Below, in pieces: positions 36,699-46,975 of a stretch of DNA of 64,000 nucleotides. This DNA comes from Arenicellales bacterium. Lineage in GTDB: Bacteria > Pseudomonadota > Gammaproteobacteria > Arenicellales > JAJDZL01. Location of the stretch: the NCBI GenBank assembly GCA_965243645.1, contig CBDEVD010000005.1, positions 965,132 to 1,029,131 on the forward strand, in the 5' to 3' direction. The position numbers and the translations under genes were made by a program. The notes under the pieces were generated by a model, which did no database searches, had not been told where the DNA came from, and worked only from the letters and a program-made list of their open reading frames with translations. Numbering within the stretch: position 1 is the first letter of the stretch; the number at the start of each line of letters is the position of its first letter.

Positions 36699-38894
36699 TT
36701 GAGCGTTATCGTCCGAGTCGCAGTTCCCATCCGCCATCGGAGCCTCTTTGATTACACCTGCGAAGCGCAAGTCGAGGTCGGCTGCCGAGTGATTGTGCCT
36801 TTCGGACGAAGCCGCATGCTCGGCATTGTTGCCGAGCAGGTTACCAAATCCAACTATTCGCAGCAAAAATTGCGTGCGGTGGAAACCGTTCTCGATACAT
36901 CACCCGCAATGTCGAAATCACTGCTGGCAACACTTCGATGGGCGGCACAATACTATCAGCAACCGATCGGTGAGGTATTGGCGACCGCGCTGCCAAAGAC
37001 CATTCGTCGCGGACGGCAGTTGCAGCCCAAATTCGGTTATGTTTACCAGTTAACTGAAACCGGCTTCAACACCGATGCGGAAACGCTTAGGCGCGCCCGC
37101 GTACAGAAGCAGGCTTTCGAGTTGCTGCAAAATTCACAAAGTCCCCTCGCTCCGACAGCATTTAAATCCGTCGGGACCAGTTGGCGAACAGCTTTGCAAG
37201 CACTGGAATCAAAGGGGCTGATTTCGAAACTCGAACAGAGCGTCGAATCGGTTCCAGGTAAGCAGCAGTTAATCGGTCAATTGACATCTCAGCAAACCCA
37301 TGCGCGCGATCACATTCTGGCATCAATGGACCAATTTCGATGTTATCTGATTCAGGGAGTAACTGGTAGTGGCAAGACTGAAGTGTATCTGCACGTCATT
37401 GCCAATGTCATCAAGGCTGGTGGGCAGGCATTAATGCTGGTGCCCGAGATTGGATTGTCACCACAGCTCGAACAGCGCGTAAAAGTCGCGTTGGGGGTAC
37501 CAGTTAGCACCTACCATTCCGGACTGACCGAAATCCAGCGACACAAAACATGGTGGTTGGCCTATAGCGGTACTGCAAAGGTTATCATCGGTACGCGGTC
37601 GGCTGCGTTTTTGCCATTCGAGAGCCTTAAATTGATCGTGATTGATGAGGAACACGATACTTCGTTCAAACAGCAGGAGCGGGCTCGTTACCATGCTCGT
37701 TCGGTTTGCCTGCATCGTGCTGCGGAAAACAAGATTCCGATCATACTGGGTACCGCCACACCTTCATTAGAAACGGTGCAGGCGGCGCGTGCGGGTCGGG
37801 CCAAAACACTCTTGCTGCCTGAACGAGCGACGCGAATCACGATGCCGAAAGTCAAGTTGATTGACCTGAGCCGTGAGTATGCCCAAGAAGGGCTATCCAA
37901 TGTCCTGATTGAACAAATTCGCAATCGCATCATGGCCGGTGAGCAGAGCCTGATATTCATCAATCGACGCGGTTTCGCACCAGTCGTTGTCTGCCTGGCT
38001 TGTCAATGGACAGCAACATGTGAAAATTGCGACTCGAGGTTGATTTTTCATCAATCGGACCGCCGCTTGCACTGCCACCTGTGTATGCAACACTACCCGT
38101 TGGTGACCCAATGTCCGAAATGCCTGTCAGGCCAGGTGCAGTTACTCGGGGTTGGCACTCAGCGCGTGGAGCAGGTGCTGCAGCGCGCGATTCCAGGAGC
38201 CAGAGTACTCAGAATAGACCGCGATACTACGCAATCCTATGCCGAGTTTGAACAAAAATTGCAGCGCATTCACAACGGCGAGGTTGACATTTTGGTTGGC
38301 ACCCAAATGTTGTCCAAGGGCCATCACTTTCCCAATGTAACCCTGGTGGGTATCCTGAACGTTGACCAAGGGTTTTACAGCATGGATTTTCGCGCCATGG
38401 AACACCTGGTTCAACAAGTGCTGCAAGTCGCGGGTCGATCAGGACGCGCAGAAAAACCGGGCGAAGTGTACATACAGACGCTGCACCCGGAAAGTGAATA
38501 CTTTGACTGTATCCGCAACCACGACTATCTCAGTTTTGCAAACATCGAACTTGCCGAGAGACAACAAGCCAAACAGCCGCCTTTTTCGCACTATACACTG
38601 CTTAGGGCCAATTCGTTGAAAGTGGGTGAAGAATTGAAGTATTTATACTACGCCAGGCAGACGGCGCTGTCAATCAAGCGAGAACTGAACGCCAGAGAAA
38701 TTCGGGTCTTTGATATAGTACAGTCTCCGATTCAGAAGATATCCAACAGACATCGCGCGCAGTTGCTGATTGGCAGTACCGGTATCCCAGGGTTGCAACG
38801 GTTTCTAAGTGCGTGGACACTGCAGTTGGAAAAAATTCCGAAAAAGGGTCAGCTGCGCTGGAATCTGGATGTGGATCCCGTTGATTTTTCCTAA
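36699..38894 (+). CDS. priA: primosomal protein N' (replication restart helicase PriA)
   Basis: Walker A GVTGSGKTEVY, DEEHD box and Cys-rich zinc-binding region (CLACQWTATCENC...CHLC...CPKC). The TTG 36699 start is preceded by AGGTAGAAG. Confidence 0.95.
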   Translation: MSVIVRVAVPIRHRSLFDYTCEAQVEVGCRVIVPFGRSRMLGIVAEQVTKSNYSQQKLRAVETVLDTSPAMSKSLLATLRWAAQYYQQPIGEVLATALPKTIRRGRQLQPKFGYVYQLTETGFNTDAETLRRARVQKQAFELLQNSQSPLAPTAFKSVGTSWRTALQALESKGLISKLEQSVESVPGKQQLIGQLTSQQTHARDHILASMDQFRCYLIQGVTGSGKTEVYLHVIANVIKAGGQALMLVPEIGLSPQLEQRVKVALGVPVSTYHSGLTEIQRHKTWWLAYSGTAKVIIGTRSAAFLPFESLKLIVIDEEHDTSFKQQERARYHARSVCLHRAAENKIPIILGTATPSLETVQAARAGRAKTLLLPERATRITMPKVKLIDLSREYAQEGLSNVLIEQIRNRIMAGEQSLIFINRRGFAPVVVCLACQWTATCENCDSRLIFHQSDRRLHCHLCMQHYPLVTQCPKCLSGQVQLLGVGTQRVEQVLQRAIPGARVLRIDRDTTQSYAEFEQKLQRIHNGEVDILVGTQMLSKGHHFPNVTLVGILNVDQGFYSMDFRAMEHLVQQVLQVAGRSGRAEKPGEVYIQTLHPESEYFDCIRNHDYLSFANIELAERQQAKQPPFSHYTLLRANSLKVGEELKYLYYARQTALSIKRELNAREIRVFDIVQSPIQKISNRHRAQLLIGSTGIPGLQRFLSAWTLQLEKIPKKGQLRWNLDVDPVDFS

Positions 38895-38905
38895 ACAAGG
38901 TAAAG

Positions 38906-40642
38906 ATGAAGCACAAAATTCGACAATTACTCAAGCTGTCATTGGATGCACTGGTAACAGCCGGTGAAATCGATGCGAATGCGGTACCCGCACAAATCCC
39001 TGTGGAGCGTCCGCGGCGCTCAGGCCAAGGTGATTATGCTTCCGGTATAGCTCTCGCTATGGCGCGCACAACAGCGCGCAAACCTAGGGATCTTGCAACC
39101 TTGATTCAGACCAATCTTCCACTAACCTCCCAAGTGCTCTCAACCGAGATTGCGGGGCCTGGCTTTATTAATTTCTTTCTCTCTGAGAAGGCACTGACTG
39201 ATGTCATTGAGGAGGTTCTTGAGCAGCGCGAAGCCTATGGTTCTGGTGTGATTGAAGCGCCGCAAAAAATTTTGCTGGAGTACGTTTCTGCCAATCCAAC
39301 TGGACCACTGCACGTGGGACATGGTCGCGGTGCAGCCTTTGGCGACGCGTTGGCTCGTTTACTGCGCGCAGCGGGTCACCGGGTTGACACAGAGTACTAT
39401 GTGAACGACGTCGGTCGGCAAATGGATATCTTGAGTATCAGCGTATGGATTCGTTACCTGCAAATTCAAGGCATTGATGAACCCCTGCCCAAATCGGCAT
39501 ACCAGGGTCAGTACATTCTGGATATTGCGGCGCGTTTTGGAGAGCAGCGTGAACTTCAATTCAATAGCCAGGACTTTCCACAGCTTGCGGCAGTCGGTGC
39601 CAATGATGACCAGATATTAGATTCTCTGATTGCACAAATTCGCAGGTGGCTTGGGAAAGATCAATTCGATCGTCTCAGGAAATTCGTCTTGGATGAAATG
39701 GTTCAAGTGATCCGCAGCGACCTTGCAAAAATTGGCGTATTCCAAGACCAATGGTTTTATGAAAGCCAGGTTGCCGAGACTGGTGAGCTTGAGGCAGCGA
39801 TTCGAACCTTAGAAGCGAACGGCAGTGTCTATGAGGCAAATGGTGCGACCTGGTTTCGCTCCAGCGATTATGGCGATGAGAAGGACCGCGTACTGCGTCG
39901 GTCAAACGGTGAGTTGACCTATTTTGCACCCGACATCGCTTATCACTTGAACAAATTGCGACGTGGTTATGATCTCGCGATCAATATCTGGGGAGCTGAT
40001 CATCACGGCTACATCGCAAGAATGAAAGCGGCTGTGAAAGCTGCTGGTGAGTGCCCAGAGCGCTTGCAAATATATATTGTCCAGTTTGCGGCTTTGTGGC
40101 GTGGCAAAGAGAAAATCCCCATGTCAACGCGCGCAGGTGAGTTCGTTTCACTCGAGGAGATGACCGATGAAATCGGCAAAGATGCCACCCGTTTTTTTTA
40201 TGCGATGAGAAAGCCGGACCAGCATCTTGACTTTGACTTGGAACTGGCAAAGTCCCAGTCGAATGAAAATCCTGTATATTATGTTCAGTACGCACACGCT
40301 CGAATCTGTAGCGTTTTTCGGCAGATGGCTGAGCGAGGCATTCAGCGCATCACTGATTGCAACAATGCGTCACTTGTTGAAGAAGTGGAATTAAATCTGA
40401 CCAGGCAAATCTCCAGGTTCCCAGAGGTCGTCGAAAGCGCCGCACAAGGGTTTGAGCCCCATCAGGTTGCCTACTACCTGCGCGATCTGTCAACTGATTT
40501 TCATTCGTTTTACAATCGCGTGCGGGTGCTGGATTGCGAGCCGGCCATTCGAAATGCGCGGTTGAACTTGATAGATGCAGTCAGGCAGACGCTGGTCAAT
40601 GGTCTTCGCATACTCGGCGTCTCCGCCCCTAAGTCAATGTAA
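38906..40642 (+). CDS. argS: arginine--tRNA ligase
   Basis: 578 aa with a HIGH-type motif (ANPTGPLHVGHGR) and a class I C-terminal anticodon-binding domain. Confidence 0.95.
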   Translation: MKHKIRQLLKLSLDALVTAGEIDANAVPAQIPVERPRRSGQGDYASGIALAMARTTARKPRDLATLIQTNLPLTSQVLSTEIAGPGFINFFLSEKALTDVIEEVLEQREAYGSGVIEAPQKILLEYVSANPTGPLHVGHGRGAAFGDALARLLRAAGHRVDTEYYVNDVGRQMDILSISVWIRYLQIQGIDEPLPKSAYQGQYILDIAARFGEQRELQFNSQDFPQLAAVGANDDQILDSLIAQIRRWLGKDQFDRLRKFVLDEMVQVIRSDLAKIGVFQDQWFYESQVAETGELEAAIRTLEANGSVYEANGATWFRSSDYGDEKDRVLRRSNGELTYFAPDIAYHLNKLRRGYDLAINIWGADHHGYIARMKAAVKAAGECPERLQIYIVQFAALWRGKEKIPMSTRAGEFVSLEEMTDEIGKDATRFFYAMRKPDQHLDFDLELAKSQSNENPVYYVQYAHARICSVFRQMAERGIQRITDCNNASLVEEVELNLTRQISRFPEVVESAAQGFEPHQVAYYLRDLSTDFHSFYNRVRVLDCEPAIRNARLNLIDAVRQTLVNGLRILGVSAPKSM

Positions 40643-40651
40643 TCCCCTAGC

Positions 40652-41323
40652 ATGGCTCGTTCTAAACGTAAATCCAAAAGCCGCAAGTCCTCTTCAGGTT
40701 TCGGTATCTTTTGCATGGGACTGATTGTGGGTTCAATCGGCACAGTGCTGGCTATGGGATTTTTCGATGAAACGCCACTGGACGATGTTGGTTCAGGATT
40801 GGGCAGTTTACTCAATAATTCAAACCAATCAATCTCACCTGCGACCGAATCATCGCAAACGGCAGCCGTCGATGGACAACTTCCAGGGCTTAAGTTCGAC
40901 TATCCCGAACTGCTGCTGGAGGAAGAATATGTGCTGCCACCACCGACGAGGGAGCAGTCGACTGCGTCTGGCGAGACCACTGAAGTTGCTGCCGCGCCTG
41001 CTGCCAGCAATACGTCCACCACGAGCAGCGCGCCAACGTCAACCGCCGAACCGGCACAGCAGCCTGCAGCCAGCAAAGGTACGGCTTTTATAATTCAGGT
41101 TGGTTCGTTTCGAAAGTTTGAAGACGCTGACCGGGTCAAGGCTATGCTTGCGATTAATGGACACGAGGCATATATTCAGAAAGTGTCAATCGAAGGACGG
41201 GGCGATTTTTATCGAGTGCGATTGGGACCGTTCAATAAATATGAGGTTGCCGAGCAGACCACCGGCAGTTTGACCGCGCTGCAATTTCAACCGCTGGTCT
41301 TTCGAATCAAGGCAGACAGTTAG
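40652..41323 (+). CDS. SPOR domain-containing cell-division protein
   Basis: N-terminal membrane anchor, a low-complexity linker and a C-terminal SPOR domain (FIIQVGSFRKFEDADRVKAML...YRVRLGPF). Confidence 0.8.
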   Translation: MARSKRKSKSRKSSSGFGIFCMGLIVGSIGTVLAMGFFDETPLDDVGSGLGSLLNNSNQSISPATESSQTAAVDGQLPGLKFDYPELLLEEEYVLPPPTREQSTASGETTEVAAAPAASNTSTTSSAPTSTAEPAQQPAASKGTAFIIQVGSFRKFEDADRVKAMLAINGHEAYIQKVSIEGRGDFYRVRLGPFNKYEVAEQTTGSLTALQFQPLVFRIKADS

Positions 41324-41326
41324 CGA

Positions 41327-42391
41327 CTAATCGGGCTGCCGCTCGTTGAGCCAGCTTGCAATGCGTTTTGGAATGTCTCCCCCAGCCTTGCTGCTGACAT
41401 AAATTCCAATGTGTCCGGTGTCGTAGGTTTTTTCCGTGTAATCTTTCGTACCAACCAGGTATTTCAGTGCTCGGGATGAGGACGGCGGCACAAGATGGTC
41501 GTGTTTGGCGATCAGGTTGAGGATCGGTACATCGAGCGACTTCAGATTGACTTGCTGTCCTTCAATGGTAAGGTCACCTGTGACCAGCCTGTTTGCATGG
41601 AAAAACTGTTTCAGGAAAGTGCGAAACATCGCACCCGCCTGGTCCGGGCTGTCAAATATCCACTTTTCCATCCGCATAAAATTCTCGACTTTGCGTTTAT
41701 CGTCAATGATATTAACGAAGTCGAGGTACTTTTCAACACCCAGTTTGAAAGGCTTAAGTGACAGGAAAATGCTGTTCAGCATGATTCCGGGTACGTTACC
41801 CATAGTATTGACCAACAGGTCGACGTCAATGTCTCGGAACCAGTTCGCAAGGATATTATCCGGCGTGTGAAAATCAACCGGCGTCACCATTGTGACCAGG
41901 TTGGCGACTTTGGCTGGATTGAGTGCGGCGTAGCAAAGGCTCATCGTACCGCCCTGGCAGATACCGAGAATATTGGTTTTTGCGGTTTTGGAGTGCTCGA
42001 TCACCTGGTCAACGCATTGGTCAATCATGCCACATACGTAATGGGAAAGATCCAGGTAGCGGTCGCTAGGATTTGGGTAACCCCAATCAATAAGATAGAC
42101 ATCCCGGCCTTCATTCAGCAAACCACGTACGAGAGAGCGCTGTTCGTGAAGATCTACGATGTAAGGACGATTGACCAGCGCGTAAACAATCAGGATTGGG
42201 GGGCCGGTTTGTTGGGTTTTGACCAGTGGTCGGTAGCGGTAAAGAACCATGTTACCCAACTGAAAGATGGGGTCTTTTGGAGTGTTCCCGACTTCGACAT
42301 CCCCCAGTTTGGATAGTACGTTAGTACCTTCCGTCAGACGCGACTGGAATTCGATCGCATCTTTAAGAAATTCTTCGTTGGACTTCATCAA
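41327..42391 (-). CDS. phaC: class III poly(R)-hydroxyalkanoate synthase subunit PhaC
   Basis: 354 aa (class III size), lipase-box-like GICQGG, and it follows phaE. Confidence 0.85.
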   Translation of the reverse strand: MMKSNEEFLKDAIEFQSRLTEGTNVLSKLGDVEVGNTPKDPIFQLGNMVLYRYRPLVKTQQTGPPILIVYALVNRPYIVDLHEQRSLVRGLLNEGRDVYLIDWGYPNPSDRYLDLSHYVCGMIDQCVDQVIEHSKTAKTNILGICQGGTMSLCYAALNPAKVANLVTMVTPVDFHTPDNILANWFRDIDVDLLVNTMGNVPGIMLNSIFLSLKPFKLGVEKYLDFVNIIDDKRKVENFMRMEKWIFDSPDQAGAMFRTFLKQFFHANRLVTGDLTIEGQQVNLKSLDVPILNLIAKHDHLVPPSSSRALKYLVGTKDYTEKTYDTGHIGIYVSSKAGGDIPKRIASWLNERQPD

Positions 42392-42409
42392 CCGGTTACT
42401 TAAGTGGAT

Positions 42410-43240
42410 TCAGGAGTCAGATTTTTTGCGGGTCCGACGGGCTCTCGGTCTACTCTTTGGCTGGGCCTTTTGTTGTGCCTCGAGCTGCTGTAATCGCTGT
42501 TCAAGTGAATCGATTTTTCCCTGTGCTGCGATATTTTTCTGGTGCAGGCTATCGAGTTCACCGCGGGTGGGGAGCCCTTGCAACTGGGCCGTTTTTTCCT
42601 GCATACGCTGACTTAGTTGCATTACTTTAAGGTTCGAATTGATCACATCTCCCAGCCGAGCCGCAAATTCCGGCGTTTGGGCGATGGTTTGAAATTCATT
42701 TTCACAACAATCGATCCATTGACGACACAGCGCATCGAATTCCAGATCAGAATCCGCCGCAGTGACGAGACTGGCAAATTTGTCGCTGGCTTTGCGGGCA
42801 AAGTCCTGGAACAGTTCACCAAAAGATCTCGTTGCGGCTGCACAGTCTTGGTGCAGAGCGACCAATTGATTCCAGTCTTCCTGATACTCGCGGGTAATGC
42901 CAAGCGCTGGTGCATTTGGCGATTGGACATTCCATGTGGATGCGATCATGTTGTTCCAGTCTGGAGGCGTTGACCATGGGTTATTTTGCGACAAAACTGC
43001 AGCAGGAAAGGCGCCTTGCATGGGAACGGTAGAAAACATACGTATCAATTCTTCCAATTGTTGCATGTTTACCGCACCTGGCACCGATTGTTGCATTGCG
43101 TCTTGCATGGACTGCATAAACGTCCCAAGATTAAAAAGCTGTGCGAAGACCGGCGGGGCAAAATTGGGTTGCGAAGCGGGTGGTTGTCCCCACATCGGGA
43201 ACGGCTGATTTGGATTGAAGTTAGCCCACGGATTGAACAT
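42410..43240 (-). CDS. phaE: class III PHA synthase subunit PhaE
   Basis: 276 aa with a GITREYQEDW segment and a C-terminal LPTRGELDSLHQK...coiled coil typical of PhaE. Located immediately upstream of phaC. Confidence 0.7.
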   Translation of the reverse strand: MFNPWANFNPNQPFPMWGQPPASQPNFAPPVFAQLFNLGTFMQSMQDAMQQSVPGAVNMQQLEELIRMFSTVPMQGAFPAAVLSQNNPWSTPPDWNNMIASTWNVQSPNAPALGITREYQEDWNQLVALHQDCAAATRSFGELFQDFARKASDKFASLVTAADSDLEFDALCRQWIDCCENEFQTIAQTPEFAARLGDVINSNLKVMQLSQRMQEKTAQLQGLPTRGELDSLHQKNIAAQGKIDSLEQRLQQLEAQQKAQPKSRPRARRTRKKSDS

Positions 43241-43415
43241 ATCGAAGAATGAGACGGTGTTTTCCTGAATTCAAAAGTGTCGCGATAAGAGCATGGTATG
43301 GAATCTCGCTAAAACCTTAGCCGACTAATGGTGATTCACATGGGAGCTCAGCATTTTGAAACGACAGCCGTCCGGACGCTGGGTAGCTGTCGTTCCTAAA
43401 TACTGGTGCTGCAGA

Positions 43416-43913
43416 TCAGGGCTTGATGTAAGAGTAGCCCATTGCCTGAAGTTTAGCGACCTCGGCAACGCCACTCGGTACAATGTCAGCTTCTGCAACA
43501 TCATAAAGGTCGTTGGTGTAATCTACTTTTCGGCCCCTTACGGTGTTCGCACAGACGTTAAAGGCAATGCCTTGGTCCTTGAGTGCTGCAATCTTTGCGG
43601 TCATTTCTTCATTTGCATTCGCATGCTTGAATTTATTCAGCTTCTCCAATGAAGTCGGTTCTAGCAACAATGCCAGGCCGTTGCCATGGAGCACAACCTT
43701 GAGATCAAGATTCTCTGCGCCGACTGCGTTTATGTGGTTCTGGATGTTGCGAAGCGCACCTGCTTGTGCTTTGGGGTTGTCATAATTGATGTGATAGACT
43801 ACCTTTTGCTTTTCGTAGCCGGAACTGTCCGCGATGGCTGAACCGGTCCACAGTAGCGATGTCATTGCCGCCCATAGGGCAATTTTTAAAAAAGCACTCA
43901 TCATTTCCTCCAC
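43416..43913 (-). CDS. DsrE/DsrF-like family protein with signal peptide
   Basis: 165 aa with a hydrophobic N-terminus ending AIA-DSS, and a DsrE-like core (KVVYHINYDNP...VVLHGNGL...FNVCANT). Confidence 0.6.
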   Translation of the reverse strand: MEEMMSAFLKIALWAAMTSLLWTGSAIADSSGYEKQKVVYHINYDNPKAQAGALRNIQNHINAVGAENLDLKVVLHGNGLALLLEPTSLEKLNKFKHANANEEMTAKIAALKDQGIAFNVCANTVRGRKVDYTNDLYDVAEADIVPSGVAEVAKLQAMGYSYIKP

Positions 43914-44219
43914 TGTTTGTTAGTCAGTTGCATTTTTATTGGACAAGCGATTATAGCCGGGATATTGAACTGGATTGGTCACTCGAGGTAGCTCTATCAG
44001 AATGATGGTGTAATCTCTTACCAAATGCCATTACCGAGTAATGCTAACGTTAAATAAATGAAACTGTGAACGGAGTCGGTGAAGTCGAAGTAAAAATTCA
44101 GGCTGTTTGGCGATGGATCATCTGACGCGCCTGATTCGATGTCTAAATGTCGGTATTGCGGAAATTGATGTGCGTGTAAAATATTAACCCCTTATCATTA
44201 CTACCAGAAAAGACGAGCT

Positions 44220-44945
44220 ATGAGATCACATGTTGCGATAGTTACCGGCGGGACGCGGGGAATTGGCGAGGCCATTTCTATCGCATTAGCGGAAGCAGGG
44301 TATAAAGTTGCTGCAAATTATGCAGGCAATCATGAACGAGCCCAGGCATTTAGCGAACGAACTGGTATTCCAGTTTATGCTTTTGATGTCAGCGAATTTG
44401 ATCAATGTGCAACTGGCGTGAAACAGATCACAGAAGAACTTGGTGTTGTTGACATTCTCATCAATAACGCTGGAATTACCCGTGACGGTACGCTGCACTC
44501 GATGGACTTTGACAATTGGAATGCCGTATTGCAGACTAATTTGTCGTCCTGTTTCAATATGTCTCGATGTGTGATCGATGGCATGCGCGAGCGTGGATTT
44601 GGACGAATTGTCAATATCGGTTCAGTCAATGGACAAGCAGGTCAATATGGTCAGGTCAACTATTCTGCTGCGAAGTCTGGAATTCATGGCTTTACCAAAG
44701 CACTGGCTAAAGAAGGCGCTCGCAAAGGGATTACAGTGAATGCGATCGCACCCGGTTATGTTGACACTGATATGGTACGTGCGGTACCGGAGAAAGTATT
44801 AGAGAAGATCATCGGAACGATACCCGTTGGGCGTCTAGGCAAGGCTGAAGACATTGCGCGTGGGGTTATGTTTCTGGTCTCTGAGGAGGCTTCGTTCATA
44901 ACCGGCTCGACGATTGATATCAACGGTGGTCAACACATGTATTGA
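44220..44945 (+). CDS. phaB: acetoacetyl-CoA reductase (SDR)
   Basis: 241 aa with TGGTRGIGEAI, NNAGI and YSAAKSG motifs. Sits next to phaR and the phaEC genes. Confidence 0.85.
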   Translation: MRSHVAIVTGGTRGIGEAISIALAEAGYKVAANYAGNHERAQAFSERTGIPVYAFDVSEFDQCATGVKQITEELGVVDILINNAGITRDGTLHSMDFDNWNAVLQTNLSSCFNMSRCVIDGMRERGFGRIVNIGSVNGQAGQYGQVNYSAAKSGIHGFTKALAKEGARKGITVNAIAPGYVDTDMVRAVPEKVLEKIIGTIPVGRLGKAEDIARGVMFLVSEEASFITGSTIDINGGQHMY

Positions 44946-45418
44946 TACCCATGGCAGAATCTCGCACAATCAAGAAATATTCCAATCGGCGTCTGTACGA
45001 CACTGAAGAAAGCTGCTATGTCACCTTGTCGGAGGTCCGAGAACTGGTGATTAGCGGAATCGAGATCGTCGTTGTAGACGTTGTTACTGGGGAGGATATT
45101 ACCCGGCAGATCTTGATTCAGATTATTTCTGAGCAGGAGACAGGCGGACAACCAATGTTTACCAAGGAATTGCTGACACAGATGATCCGATTTTATGGTG
45201 GTGCTTTTCAGAGTGTGTTTACGGATTACCTGGGAAAGACGGTTGAGATGCTGAATCACCAACAGCAGGCTTACTATGAGCAGTGGAACGACATGCTCAA
45301 TACAGATTCCATGACTTCAGTTGGCGAATTGACACATCAGAATCTCGAACGCTGGAAAGAGATGCAACAGGAGATGCTGAAGCTATACGGTTTTCAGCAA
45401 CCAAATAATAAAGACTGA
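44942..45418 (+). CDS. phaR: polyhydroxyalkanoate synthesis repressor PhaR
   Basis: N-terminal [20 protein letters not shown] is the PhaR signature. Confidence 0.9.
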   Translation: MIPMAESRTIKKYSNRRLYDTEESCYVTLSEVRELVISGIEIVVVDVVTGEDITRQILIQIISEQETGGQPMFTKELLTQMIRFYGGAFQSVFTDYLGKTVEMLNHQQQAYYEQWNDMLNTDSMTSVGELTHQNLERWKEMQQEMLKLYGFQQPNNKD

Positions 45419-45464
45419 GTGCAGCGCCGATCGTAGTTCACGAGTGGTTGTTCGGGGTAGTGGC

Positions 45465-45635
45465 ATGGACTACAAGGTATACATGTGTGTCGTTTGCGGC
45501 TTCATATATGAAGAAGAGTATGGGCTGCCAGAGGAAGGCATTGCGCCCGGTACCCGCTGGGAGGATGTTCCTGAAACTTGGCAATGTCCGGATTGTTCCG
45601 CAATGAAAGAAGACTTCGACATGCTGGAAATCTGA
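45465..45635 (+). CDS. rubredoxin
   Basis: Two CxxC knuckles (CVVCG, CPDC) with rubredoxin spacing. ATG 45465 is preferred over GTG 45444. Confidence 0.85.
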   Translation: MDYKVYMCVVCGFIYEEEYGLPEEGIAPGTRWEDVPETWQCPDCSAMKEDFDMLEI

Positions 45636-45661
45636 CAGAAGGTATAACCCTTACCGTTGTC

Positions 45662-46558
45662 TTAACCTACTGTATTGAAGTGATAGTGATCAATGTCCTG
45701 TTTACTCAGCAGCAGGACTACGGATTCGCCGCTGCGGCTGGTTAACCAAAGGAAAGGGATGGTCGGATATTCCTCTTCCAGTACGTTAGCATAATTACCA
45801 AGTTCGATCAGCAAATAGCCGTCATTCGACAGATAGTTGCCTGCCTGGCTGAGAATCTGCCTGACAAAAACAAGTCCATCACTGCCTGCGTCAAAAGCCT
45901 GGCGAGGTTCATGCAGATATTCGCGCGGCAACGCTTCGAGTTCCGAGGTTGCGATGTAGGGTGGGTTACATAGGATCAAGTCGTATTTACGTCCTGACAG
46001 ACTGTTGAACAAGTCGCTTTGGATGGTTGTAATCTGCGCTCCGACCTCGTGACGGTTGATGTTGATCTTCGCTACGTCGAGAGCCTGGGTGTCGATGTCG
46101 GCAGCATCAATTTTCAATTGTGGATAATTCAACGCCATCGCGATGGCGATGCAGCCGCTGCCGCAACAAAGGTCAAGTGCATGATGCGATTGGTGCGGCT
46201 GTATCCACGGACTCAAACCGTCCTGGATCAAGTCGCCAAAATGAGACCTAGGCACGATTGCACGTGGATCTATGTAGAACGAAAAGCCTGCAAACCAGGC
46301 CTCACCAACGAGATAGGCCAAGGGTTTGAGGGTCTTGATGCGCTGTTCAACCAAATGGCGAAGTGCTTGGGATTGCTGTTCTGTAACGCCGTGATCCGCG
46401 ACTTCGTCGTAATTGCGGTCCATCATCTGCGTTATATGCAAGGTCGCCCAAATTGCCTCGTCACGGGAGTTGTCGCAGCCGTGACCAAAGTGTGCGTCCG
46501 AATGTTCCAGGCGCGCAGTTGCCCAGACTACACAGTCGTTGATTGTATTGAGCGGCAC
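45662..46558 (-). CDS. prmB: 50S ribosomal protein L3 N5-glutamine methyltransferase
   Basis: 298 aa with FGHGCDNSRDEA N-terminal motif, SAM motif LDLCCGSGCIA and NPPY. Confidence 0.85.
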   Translation of the reverse strand: MPLNTINDCVVWATARLEHSDAHFGHGCDNSRDEAIWATLHITQMMDRNYDEVADHGVTEQQSQALRHLVEQRIKTLKPLAYLVGEAWFAGFSFYIDPRAIVPRSHFGDLIQDGLSPWIQPHQSHHALDLCCGSGCIAIAMALNYPQLKIDAADIDTQALDVAKININRHEVGAQITTIQSDLFNSLSGRKYDLILCNPPYIATSELEALPREYLHEPRQAFDAGSDGLVFVRQILSQAGNYLSNDGYLLIELGNYANVLEEEYPTIPFLWLTSRSGESVVLLLSKQDIDHYHFNTVG

Positions 46559-46590
46559 TGCGTTAGCCGGCAGCGACCAATCCTTATGAC

Positions 46591-46624
46591 TTCAAAAGAA
46601 GGCTGCCTGTTGAACGGCACAGGC
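46591..46624 (-). terminator. candidate intrinsic terminator downstream of rpmE
   Basis: On the minus strand: GCCTGT-gccgttca-ACAGGC (46605-46624), followed by a T-rich tract (agccTTCTTTTg). Confidence 0.4.
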
Positions 46625-46637
46625 TTGATGGAGAGGT

Positions 46638-46838
46638 TTAGAAGCCGTATTTTTGCTTGAATTTACCGACTCGTCCTGCGGTGTCAACAATTTTTTGTTT
46701 GCCCGTAAAAAAGGGATGGCAAACTGAGCAGATTTCGATGCTGAGGTCTTGTTTCAGCGTAGAGCGCGTTTTAAAACTGTTGCCACAACCACAAGTGACC
46801 GTAATTGTTGAGTATTGTGGGTGAATGTCTTTTCTCAT
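46638..46838 (-). CDS. rpmE: 50S ribosomal protein L31
   Basis: [27 protein letters not shown]... with the zinc-binding CxC...CxxCHPFFTG pattern. Confidence 0.95.
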   Translation of the reverse strand: MRKDIHPQYSTITVTCGCGNSFKTRSTLKQDLSIEICSVCHPFFTGKQKIVDTAGRVGKFKQKYGF

Positions 46839-46975
46839 GTCTCGATGAATCCTGTAGCTCAGGGAGTGGGTTGGATTAACGTCGCTAAGGGCGCAAATGA
46901 TAAGTCAAATCGGGGTTACTTATCAACTCGGTTTGATTGCCTTAAGCAACTTCAATAGTTGGTCGATTACCGCGA

